Source: Mobula hypostoma
Lineage: Eukaryota
Reading direction: 5' to 3'
Assembly (NCBI RefSeq): GCF_963921235.1
Contig: NC_086097.1
Location: 10,540,001 to 10,604,000, forward strand
Length of the DNA stretch: 64,000 nucleotides
Positions 50,851 through 61,843 of the stretch are shown here, piece by piece; position 1 is the first letter of the stretch, and every line of letters starts with the position of its first letter. The notes below the pieces were generated by a model. That model saw only the letters and a list, made by a program, of their open reading frames with translations, made no database searches and was not told the origin of the DNA. The position numbers were made by a program, and so were the translations under genes.

Positions 50851-51829
50851 TATTTCCGATATTGATTCAAGGGGGACCAATACCAACACAAGTATATTGA
50901 TCGAAAGAAAACAAAGACTGTGACTTTGTAGTGTCACAAGCCGAGAAATCTGCAGATATTGAAAATCCGAAGCAACACACACAAAATGCTGGAGGAACTC
51001 AGCAGGCCAGGTAGCTTCAGTGGAAAACAGTCAACGTCTCAGCCCGAAATGTTGATTGTTTGCTCTTTACCATAGATGCTGTCGACCTGCTGAGTTCCTC
51101 CAGAATTTTGTGTGTGTGACTTTGCAGGAAGTTTTGGGTTTCTGCCTTTGTCAGTTCACTTGTCTCATGTCTAGTGCTCCATAAAACTAATGAGCTGTGT
51201 AACATTTAGATAGATTTGTGCTGTAATGTACTGAGTTACCTACTTGCATGTCAAAGATCTCCAGTGTTGATAAAGTTGGAGTAATTTGTTGCTTTTATTT
51301 ATTCTCATTTAAAATATAATTAATTTCTGTGAGATTTAGTCCTGATAAACTGACAAAGGGAGATGCGTTACGGAGTAAATACCTTAAAGTAAGGATACTT
51401 ACTGGCAGGCAATGTGTTTCCTAAGATACAAAGAGCCTGACTAACTGGGAATGGATGGAACATGGAGCATTGTTTTACCAATGGGAACTAGAAATATGGA
51501 GTGGAAGTTGGTTCAGTTGGACTTTAGATTCATGGCCCTTTTAGTACTGAGGGGAGGAGCTGGACAGTGGTGATGCATGATCGTATGAGGAAATGCAAGC
51601 TGCTCATGCTTTTCTCTGTTCCATTTAGGATAATTACCCTGAGCTACTCTAAGAGATGCCACAGGAATTGCAGCATTGAAAAAACTCCTTGGTAGGCACA
51701 TGCATGTAAGAAAATAAGGGACCAAGAGCGGTACACGAGGGAAATGTTAGACCGATCATGAAATAGGTTTATATTTGTTGGCACAACTTTGTGGACCGAA
51801 GGGGCCATATTGTTCTGTATTGTTCTATA

Positions 51830-52393
51830 GTCAGTAGATATTTTATTAGATACCTCTTGTACCTAATCAAGGGGCCACTGAGTGTATGTTCATGGTGTGC
51901 TGCTGCTGTAGACCATTCACTTCAAGGTTCAATGTCGTGTGAATTCAGAGATGCTCTTCTGCACACCACTGTTGTAACATGAGGATATTTGAGTCACTGT
52001 TGCCTTCCTGTCAGCGTGAACCAGATCGGCCGTTCTCCTCCGACTTCTCTCATTAAAAAGGCATTTTTGCCCACAGAACTGCAGCTCACTGGATGCTTTT
52101 GTTTTTTTGCATCATGCTCTTTAAATTCTAGAGACTGTTGTGTGAGAAAATACCAGGAGATCAGCAGTTTCTGCAATACTCAAACAACCCCATCCGGCAC
52201 TAACAATCATTCCACAGTCAAAGTTACTTAGATCGCATATCTTTCCCTTTCTGATGCTTGGTCTGAACAACAAATGAATTTCTTGAACATGTCTGCATGC
52301 TTTTTTTTGCATTGAGGTGCTGCCACAGGATTGGCTGAGTAGATATTTGCACTATCTAATCAGGTGTACCTGACATAATGGCCACGGAGTGTA
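51830..52393. mobile_element. Tc1-like non-autonomous element inserted in a CR1 tail (CR1 at 51640-51830)
   Basis: TIR-like gtacct..ggccactgagtgta at ~51860-51887 and ~52366-52393. The CR1 tail tgttcta resumes after it. Confidence 0.7.
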
Positions 52394-52729
52394 TGTTCTA
52401 TGTTCTGTGAATTCTCTGATTTACTCTCTTAGAATGGATGCTCTTTTGGAACGAAAGATATGAAGATGAAACTTTCAGTTGGCTCCTGTCAAATCTACTA
52501 CTCATGCCATTTTGCATGTCTTAGTTTTAATTAAATCCCCACTAACTGTAACCAGTTGTAAATGTAGATTCTGTCCTTGCTCTTTCATTCTGTTTGACAT
52601 TTTCCTCATCTCTGGTCTGAACCACAGGGATGCGGAAGAACCAATCCTTTTTGTTCCCTCCTGGCATGCTGCAGTATTATAGCTTGATCCTATTTTATCA
52701 CTGTGGGCCATAAAATATTTTTTATTGCA

Positions 52730-53240
52730 AGACCATAAACCATAAGATATAGGAGCAGAAGTAGGCCATTCAACCCATCAAGTCTGCTCCATCATTCAAT
52801 CATGGTTGATTTATGACCCTCTCAACCTATTCTCCGACCTTCTCCCCATAACCTTTGATGCCTTCACTAATCAAGAACCTATTAACCTCTACCTTGAATA
52901 TACCCAATAAACTGGTCTGCACATCCATCTGTGGCAATGAATTCCACAGGTTCACCACTCTCTGGCTGAAGAAATTCCTCCTCAGCTCTGTTCTAAAGGA
53001 ACATTATTTTATTCTGACGTTGTACCTTCTGGTCCTAGACTCCTCCATGGTAGGAAACATCCTCTCCACATCCACTCTATCTAAGCCAGGGGTTCCCAAC
53101 CTGAGGTCTACAGATCCCTCAATTGAAGATAGGGGTCCATGGCATAAAAAAGATTGGGAACTCCTAATCCCGGCCGTTCAATGTTTGATAGGTTTCAATG
53201 AGATTCCCCCTTATGTTTCTAAACTCCAGTGAGTATTATA
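52730..53240 (-). mobile_element. CR1 3' fragment containing a hAT MITE (~53087-53166)
   Basis: Antisense RNFFSQRVVNLWNSLP; insert caggggttcccaacc...gattgggaactcct. Confidence 0.8.
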
Positions 53241-55204
53241 ATTTGCACAGAGTTCAGTCACAAAGGGTTTGAAGAAGCACATGAGCATTGTTAACCTGGA
53301 TCAACCAATCTTGTCTAGAATTAGAGTACTCTGGTGCACATTTCCCTGATGACTTCCAAGTTTGCACACACATTATTTGAATTTATTACATCTGAGCTGG
53401 AAAAATACTGAGCTGGGTGAAAGACAACACACATATGTTGAAAAAGAAATCAATTATTTAAAAGTTCATCTCACAAGAATAAAAGGTTGTGCCACATGAT
53501 GAACACCATATGCAAGTCTTTCTCCTCCTCTCCCTGCACATACTACCACGTACGTTAATCATTACGCTAAGTATTGACTTTAATTAAGATATCGTGATGT
53601 TGCATTTTATGTTTAAAAGTTTAATAAGTTTGCCCAAAAGATAACAAAACAATGTTAAGACTATAAGATCATAAGATATAGGAACAGAATTAGGCCATTT
53701 GGCCCATCAAGTTTGCTCCGCCATTTCATCATAGCTGATCCATTTTCCCCCTCAGCCCCACTCTCCTGCCTCCCCCCGTATCCCCTCATGTCCTGACTAA
53801 TAAAAAATCTATCAACCTCTGCCTTAAAAATACCCAATAACTTGGCCTCCAGTGCCACCTAATGATTTGATTTGATTTCATTTCACTTCATATCAACAGG
53901 ACAACACCACTCCATCTGCTAACCTGTCTGTTCTTTCAATACACTGTGTATCCTTGAACATTAAGTTCCCAGCCATAATCTTCTTTCAAACACGATTCAG
54001 TGATGCCCACAATGTGATACTTGCCAATCTGTAACTGGGCTACAAGTTCATCTACCTTTTTCCATCAATCTACCAATCGGTATATCTTTGGACTGTGGGA
54101 TGAAAGTGAAGTATCCGGAGAAGTCACGGGGAAAGCATACAAACTTCTTGCAGGCAGCAGCAGGAATTGAACCCAGGTTGCTAGCACTGTAAAGCATTGT
54201 GCTAACCACTAAACGACCTATCGAATGGACAGTTGCTGGGCATAGATACAAGATAGGTGAAGAGAGATTTTAAAGCTTTTAAGATTATAGATAAAGATTA
54301 GCTTTATTTCTCACATGTACAGAGAAACATGGAAACATACGTACGATGAAATGCAACATCAGCAACCTATACAGTCCAAGGATAAAGCTGGAGGCAGCAC
54401 CACACATCCTGTGCCAACTTAGCAAGCCACAACTCACAGATCCTAACCTGAACCCATACGTCTTTGGCATGGAGAAAGGTGGAGTTCCTGCAACAATCAC
54501 ACTCAGTCACAATGAGAACATACCAACTCCTTACAGACGGCTGTGGGAATTGAACTATGATTTCCATATACTGTGTGCATTCAAATACAACTCCCTCAGT
54601 CCTGTATTCACCCTTCTCGATTCTGACCACCTTTTGCATTGCAACTCCCTATGATCAGTTTCTCCAAGTGAAGAAGTTTCTTTTGCCAAGGAGTGTTGGA
54701 TTTGTTACCACTTGCAGCTGTGGAGGCTATGTCGTTGGGTGAGATTGATAGGTTCTTGATCGGACATGGCATCAAAGGTTACGGGGAGAAGGCCAGGAAC
54801 TAGGGTTGAGGAAGAAGGATCAGCCAATCAGCCATGATTGAATGGTGGAGCAGACTCGATGGGCCAGATGGCCTAATTCTGCTCCTATGTCTTATGGTAT
54901 TATGTTTGGTGTTTGCAGACAATGTAACACATTATGCTAGCTCCTACACTATCATGTTGTGCAATGTCGTACCTGATTAAAGCCAAACCACACAGAAGCG
55001 GTGACTGTGAAACATAAAAGTCTTTATTCACACAATAAACATCCAGAAGAGTCCAAAAAAATCTCATTCTATTCACATGATGTTTATGCTTCTTCAATAT
55101 AAAGATAACAAAAACTGATTCACTACAATTTCAATAGGTATAATTAACTTCAATATTTGGAATATAGTCAGGTAAATTTACAGCATTACTTAGTTATAAA
55201 GCTG

Positions 55205-55555
55205 GCAATGTGGAGATACCTGGAGAAGTAAGGCGCTCCTTTCCCTCCGCTAGCCTGCAGGTCACCCTTGGGCAAGGTGTAGCACCTGCTTAGCCCCTCC
55301 CTGATGAAGCCATGGGAGCAGGTGGTGGATGGTCGTCTGAGCAGCTGGTGTTAGCAAAGTTCTGGTTATGCAACCACTGATGCCAGGCAAACAATCCCTG
55401 AAGAGTATTGATAATGGCTGGGGTCACCCATCTTGTAAAGACACTGCCCAGAAGAAGGCAATGGCAAACCACTTCTGTAGAAAAATATGCCAAGAACAAT
55501 TATGGTCATGGAAAGACCATGATCACCCATCTCATATGACATGGCACATAATGAA
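55205..55555 (+). mobile_element. RTE-tail non-autonomous element (family B)
   Basis: agaaggcaatggcaaaccacttctg; similar to 1150-1515. Confidence 0.8.
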
Positions 55556-55559
55556 ATGA

Positions 55560-55820
55560 CATGAAATGCTGGAGGAGCTCAGCAGGCCAGGCAGCATCTA
55601 TGGGAAAGAGTAAACAGTCAACACTTTGGTCCAAGACCCTTCATTAGGACTGAAAAGGAAGAGTTCTCCTCTTTCTTTCCAGTGCTCATGAAGGGTCTTG
55701 GTTCAAAATATCAACTGTTTACTCTTTTCCATAGATGCTGCGTGACCTGCAGAGTTCCTCCAGCATTTTGTACACATCGCTTTGGATTTTCAGCATCAGC
55801 AGATTTTCTCGTGTTTGTGA
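55560..55820. repeat. Inverted pair of Penelope termini (~100-bp arms)
   Basis: aaatgctggaggagctc..gacccttcat / atgaagggtc..gagttcctccagcattt. Confidence 0.8.
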
Positions 55821-55989
55821 TATAATGAATGAACATATTTACAATGGCTACACATCCCAACCAGCATAAGATCTTTGAAAATTCAGTACTGGAGTCTGTT
55901 CAAATAGCCAGACATACAAGATATACCCCTTTTATTACCGTGTTGAGCAATGGTTCCATGAATATACGAATAACCAGAAATTTAAGTAA

Positions 55990-57110
55990 AGAAACAGATG
56001 AGCAGCATGCATGGAAAAGAATAAACAGTTGATGTTTCCAGTCAAAGCCCTTCATCAGGATTGGAAACGAAAGGGATGATGCCAGATTATAAATGTGGGA
56101 GGAGGGGAAGCAGGACCAGCTGGAAGGTGATAGGTGAAGCCAGATGGGTGAGAAAGATAAAGGGCTGGAGAAGAAGAAATTTAATAGGAGAGGAAAGTGG
56201 ACCAGAGGAGAAAGGGGAGAGGTGAGGCACCAGGTGGAGGTGATAGGCAGGTGAGGAGAAGTGGTAAGAGGCCAGAGTGGGGACAAGAAGAAGATTACGG
56301 GAGGGATAAAAATATACCAGAAGGAGAAACCAATGCACATACCATCATGTAGGAGACTAACCTAGCTGGACTAAGAGGTGTTACTACTCCACACTGAGAG
56401 TGGCCTCATTGTGGCAAAAAGGAGGCCATGGACTGACATATTGGAACAGGATTAGGAATTGGAATTAAGATGTTTGGCTGCTGGAGAATTCTGCTTTTGG
56501 TGGATGGAGTGGAGATGATCTACAGAGTGGTCCCCAATTGACAATGGGTCTCACCAGTATAGAGGAGGCCTCATTGGGAGCACTGGACACGGCAGGCAAC
56601 CCCAACAGATTTGCAGGTGAAGTGTTGCCTCACATGGAAGGACTGTTTGGGGCCCTGAATGGAGGTGAGGGAGGAGGTGTAACATTTATGTCACCTGTAA
56701 GGCTGAATGCCAGGGGAGAGATTAGTGGGGAGGGATGAATGGACAAGGGAATCATAGTGATCCCTGTGGAAAGCGGAGTGGGGGCGAGGTGGTAGAATCC
56801 CTTTGAAGATAATGGAAGTTGCAAAGAATGATGGGTTGGATGCTGACGCTCATGGGGTGGTAGGTGAGGACACGGGGAACCTCACCCCTGGTAAGATGGT
56901 GGGAAGATGGGCTGAGCACGGATGTCCAGGAAATGGAGGAGATGCGGGTGAGAGTAGGATCAATGTGAAGGAAGGGAAACCTCATTCTTTGAAGAAAGAG
57001 GACATATGCGGTGGAAATGAAGGAACTGAGAAAAAGGAGTAACATTTTTACAGGGGATAGGGTAGGAAGAAATATAGTCAAGATCTTTCCTGAATTGCAT
57101 GAAGTGTCAG
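55990..57110 (-). mobile_element. Longer decayed Penelope-like element
   Basis: Minus strand encodes VLTYHP..IILCNFHYLQRD and GIY-YIG remnants, then a purine/pyrimidine-skewed UTR and a degenerate hammerhead (ctgatgaagggc..gaaac) at ~56026-56063. Confidence 0.8.
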
Positions 57111-57296
57111 TGATGTACATTTAACAATGTGCTAGTAGCAGGAACATCCGTCTATTCGCTTCTCCTCTGTAGTTTCAATGGGACAGAGTCAGAATGATTA
57201 AAAGAGACCTTCTTTCTACAGAGAGTTGTGAGTACTTGTAACGAGCTATCAGAGGAATTGTTTAAGGCAGATGTAATCGCAAAACATTTAAGAGAC

Positions 57297-57385
57297 ATTT
57301 AGAGAGGGTGGGTAGGGAAGGTGTGATTTAGAGAGGGTGGGTAGGGAAGGTGTGATTTAGAGAGGGTGGGTAGGGAAGGTGTGAT
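57297..57385 (+). repeat. Perfect 29-bp tandem repeat x3 inside a CR1 3' fragment (57140-57480)
   Basis: Unit atttagagagggtgggtagggaaggtgtg. Confidence 0.95.
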
Positions 57386-57744
57386 CGCAGGCAACTGGGA
57401 GGATGCTCTGGCTGTCATTGAACAGCTGGGCCGAAGGGCCTGTTTTCCCGCTGTATTACTCAATGACTCTGTGACCTCTGTAACAGAAAGGATATAACCG
57501 GGGGGTCAACAGATGAATGAGAACACAATCATCACCGTAAGTTGTACAGCTAGTTTCTTCCAAAGCAACAACCTACTTTGGAAATGCACCACTGGCCATC
57601 CATTGCCACCGGATCTATGTGCTGGAACTTCATACCCAGTGTCACCATGACAGCCTTCCTTAGGAGGATTGCAGTGGCTCAGGGAGGCGGCTGGTTACCA
57701 CCACTCAAGACCAATTAATAAATAAATAAACAAGCCAGCGAGTA

Positions 57745-58060
57745 AAGTGTAATGTAGTGTGGTCTTTAGCATGACACTATTACAGCTCAGGGTGTCAGAG
57801 TTTGGCGTTCAGCTCCACTGTCACTTGTAAGGAGTCTGTATATCCTCCCCGTGGAATACACAGGTTTCCTCCAGGTGCCCTGGTTTCTTCCCACTGTGCA
57901 AAGACAGGCCAAAGGGCCTCTTTCTATGAGATACCAGCTAGTAGGTGAATTGGTCGCTGTAAATCATCCTGTGACCAAGCTAGGGTTACGTCAGTGGCTT
58001 TCTGGGTGGTGCTGCTGGCAGGGCATAGTGTATCTCTAAACCAAATTAAAAGAATAAAAA
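57745..58060 (+). mobile_element. V-SINE (HE1-like), diverged
   Basis: V-domain ggtttcctccaggtgccctggtttcttcccac. Confidence 0.7.
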
Positions 58061-59639
58061 TGAACATTGGCTGAGTCAGAAATGGCCAGGTGCCAGATAA
58101 TGAATTTTTTAAAAATCTTGCATCGTTGATGTTGCTTTACCAGGAGTACGGAAGAAACTCTGGATGAGCAGATCAGAATTTCTAATGGCCTACCAGGCAA
58201 AATGCCAATGGAACAGCAGCAGATCTGAGGAAGTTCCAGGCAACAAACCTATTCTGGATATTTAGGATCAGATGCTCTTGTTTATTGAATCAGCATCAGA
58301 CACCTGCGCTGAATGTTTACCATTTGTGCTCAGATTTTAACATATTTTTGACAAAAGAGGGATTCAAAGCATTATTAAAGCCTAAACGTAGCTCATTTTG
58401 AGAAGAGATTGCCAAAATGCATAAATAAACATCTGCAGGTATTTGCCTAGAACACTGAGCATTAAGGTTTGTAAATATCTTTCAATCATCATTAAGCATT
58501 CAACATGTTCATAAGAATCGCAATCATCAGCCTTGCAGTGATTGTCCTGAAGAGATAAGAGATATGCAAAATACACAACACCTTTTTTTCTGCTTCTGGT
58601 ATTGGGGTTTGAACTGATCCCAGAATAAAGGACCAAATTGCTCTCTCTGCTGTTTCTACAGGATTCACTACATCTACCAAATAAAATTGACTGATTTTTG
58701 CATGTAATACTATCACCCCCTAAAAACTAATCAATAAGCTTTCAGACCTTGGCCTTAATATCTTCTTATGCAGTTCGATCCTCAATTTCCTCACTTGTCA
58801 GTCAGTTTGGATTGGCAACATAATCTTCTTCAGAAGTGCCATCACAAGGCTGCAAGCTTAGCCCCCTGCTCTACTCGCTTTATACTTACGACTTGTTAGC
58901 AAGGCATAGCTCCAACGCCGTATTTAAGTTTGCTGATGACAGCATTGCCATAGGTTGAACCTAAGGTGGTGTCAGATCAGCATATAACGAGATTGAAAAC
59001 CTGGCTGAGTCGTGCCACAACAACAACCTCTCACTCAATATCAGCAAGACCAAGGAGCTGACTATTGACTTCAGGGGAAGGAAGCCGGAGGTCCATGAGC
59101 CAGACATCATTGGAGGATCAGAGTTGGAGAGGGTCAGCAACTTTAAATTTCTCATATCAGAAGACCTCTCCTGGGTGCAACACATAAAGTGCAATTATGA
59201 AGAAAGCACAGCAGTGCCTCGACATCCTTAGTAGTTTGTGAAGATTCGGCTTGACATCTAAAACTTTGACAAAACTCCATAAATGTGTGGTGGAGAGAAT
59301 ATTGAGTGATTGTATCACTGCCTGGTATGGAAACATCAATGCCCTTGAATGGAAAATCCTACAAAACACAGTGGATACAATCATATTCATCACAGGTAAA
59401 GCACTCCCCACCATTGAACACATCCACACAGGGCATTTTGGCAGGAAAGCAGCATCCATCAACAGGGGCCCCCATCACCCTAATCATGCTCTCTTCTCAC
59501 ATCTGCCATGAAGAAGAAGGCACAGGAGCCTCAAGGTTCACACCAACTATTTGCAGTTTGTTATCTTTTGCACACTGGCTGTCCACCCTGTAGCTGCGGT
59601 ATTTCATTGATTCGATTATGGCTATTGGACTTACTGAGT

Positions 59640-60215
59640 CTGTCTGAGGCCTCTGTCGGTCAGAGATGACGATGGATATCGCGTCCTGGCTGTCTGGATA
59701 AGAAAGCCTGGACAGTACAATATGCCCACGTAGCAAGCTCCCCCTCTCTACACATCTGATAAACCCAAAGGAAAGGCAGAGACCGATACAGTCTGGCCCC
59801 AGCAGTGTCACAGCGATTGCCAGTCAACATTGAACTCAATGTAGGACAGTCTTAGGAGCTCCAGCTTCAGATTTTTCCCTCGAGGTTTACTTCTGAAGTC
59901 CTTCCCCGTGAGTGGGCAAAGCCACAAGGCAGAGGAGGTTTGAGATCAGAGTTTTCCTTTTCCTAGATAAACTGCCAAATACAGCTGATGAGTCCCATCT
60001 GCCCAAATCAACTGGTTTTAAGGTAACCCAAATTTGCTCCTTTGCCTGTCAGTAGAAATGGTTCTGCCGGGCTTAGTAGTTAAGCCACACGTGAAGGCCA
60101 GGAGCTGGACTTGGTTGTTAGAAGACTATTTGAGGCACATGCCACTGGGAGAATTTAATGGGTAATGGGAACTTGTTCCCAATATCACTTGCAACTCTAA
60201 CAATGTTAAGGAACC
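59640..60215 (-). mobile_element. Family A non-coding RTE-type element, full length, with ~11-bp TSD
   Basis: TSD acttactgagt (59629-59639) and acttattgaat (60216-60226). RTE-like ggcagtttatctaggaaaaggaaaactctgatctcaaacc. Confidence 0.82.
60043..60215 (-). ncRNA. HDV/CPEB3-like ribozyme candidate
   Basis: P1 GGTTCC/AGAACC, P2 CCTG/CAGG, P3 GCC/GGC, L3 TTCACGT plus an inserted hairpin, and J4/2 CTGA, all in canonical order. Confidence 0.6.
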
Positions 60216-60864
60216 ACTTATTGAATATGCCCGCAAGAAAACAATTCTCAGGGTTGTATGTGATGACATATATATACTTTAATAATAAATTTCATTTGAG
60301 CTTTGAACCTTGAATAGCTGGAACAGGAAAAGCACCGACCTTGAACATACTTTCTTTTTTCTCACCACTGCGGTCCTTTGTTACTGCCGGTACGCCGGGA
60401 GTAATTCTGCAGCTCATTAGTTACTTTTGAAAAGGAATGTAGGAACTCAAGCAGGTTATTTGTTCACAAGCTTACACAATGATAATTCCTCAGATATTCA
60501 CCCTTTGATCAGTTGTGCTAAATGACAATACCAGTGCATCAGCACATTGTACTTTCCACTGATGTTCCTTCCATTGTCTTACTCAATGTATTGTACTCTT
60601 TCTAAAGATATCATAAAATAAACAGTAAGTCAAACTAACCAAAAGAGTATTTTATTAAGTATAATAAAATACAGTATCAAGGCAAAATTGACTTGTTGCT
60701 TTGCAACAGGAACAGGTGCAGTCAATGGCAGTGTCCAGTCTCAGCGTAAAGCTTCATTCAGGAGGAGGCTGAATTCTGGTACACTCTGTCAGATTCAGCA
60801 CAGTTCTCATTCTCAAGTCTCCAGCGTGGAACTTGAACTGCAACCAGCCAACTTAAAGGAATGA

Positions 60865-61135
60865 ACTGCGGCGCCACAGTAGCGTCACCGTCAGCACGAC
60901 ACTTTTAAGCTCAGAGCATCAGAGTTTGATGTTCAATCCGACATCATCTGTAAGGAGTTTGTATGTTTCTTCCCATGAATGCATGGGTTTCTCCCACTGT
61001 CCAAAGATACACTTGCTTGTTGATTAATTGGTTATTGAAAATTGTCCAGTCATTAGGCTAGGGTTAAAGAGATGGGTTGCTGGCCAGTGTGGTTCATTGG
61101 GCTGGAACAGACTGTGACACACAGCATCTCTAAAT
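60865..61135 (+). mobile_element. V-SINE (HE1-like)
   Basis: tRNA-like head; ctgtaaggagtttgtatg..cccactgtccaaaga. Confidence 0.7.
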
Positions 61136-61552
61136 CCGGGCTAGCGTTGTCATTACACTGGAATTGAAGTTTTATTTTACTGCTAACTAAGCTGTAAAGT
61201 TGTCCTAGTAATGCTAGCTGGCTTCATTTGATACAGTTTCCCTGAACAATTCTTCTTCGCTGTAATAAGACACTCAGATGGCAAGGGCTCATATATTATC
61301 CTGGGTATTTATTCCATATTGCTGCTCTATGCTGTCCTCACCTTTGCTTTCAGCATAGAGCATGAAAGAATTTCCAAGCAAATTTGCACTTCAGACTTGG
61401 CAGCTTCATGAAGAGCTGCATGGAACTTAAAGGAATAATTGAACTGTGAACAAAAATGCCTACACACCACTGTAACTACTTTATCATTTTCTGTCAGATT
61501 CACCTTATATACAGACACCCCTATGCCCAGCGTCACTTTATGGACATACAAT

Positions 61553-61843
61553 TGTGGGACAGTAAAGTAGTGTAGTGGTAAGCACAGCACTTTACAGTAC
61601 GAGCAACAAAAGACCCAGGCTCAATTCCCAGCGCTGCATGTAAGGAGTTTGTATGTTTTCCTCTGACCGCATGGGTTTCCTCCAGCTGATCTGGTTTCCT
61701 CCCACAATCCAAAGAATTACCGATTGGTAGGTTAATTAGCCATTGTAAGTTTTCCTGTGATTCGGTTAGGATTAAATTGAGGGATTGCTGGGTGGCGTGA
61801 CTCAAAGGCCACACTTCGTCTCAATAAATAAAAAATAAAAAGA
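61553..61843 (+). mobile_element. V-SINE (HE1-like)
   Basis: B-box-like ggctcaattcc, V-domain and an A-rich tail. Confidence 0.75.

Larger units (their letters stand above)
58740..60312 (+). mobile_element. Rex1/Babar 3' fragment interrupted by a family A element
   Basis: KFADD, NISKTKEL, CVVERILSDCITAWYG; tail aataaa..tttgaaccttga. Confidence 0.85.

Noticed and set aside
55378..55490. CTGAAGA in family B as a hammerhead core
   Set aside because: No stem II closed by GAAA and no matching stems I/III were found.
58382..58547. Good acceptor ctcttatctcttcag followed by an open frame on the minus strand
   Set aside because: There is no strong donor, the peptide is unrecognisable and the composition resembles intron.
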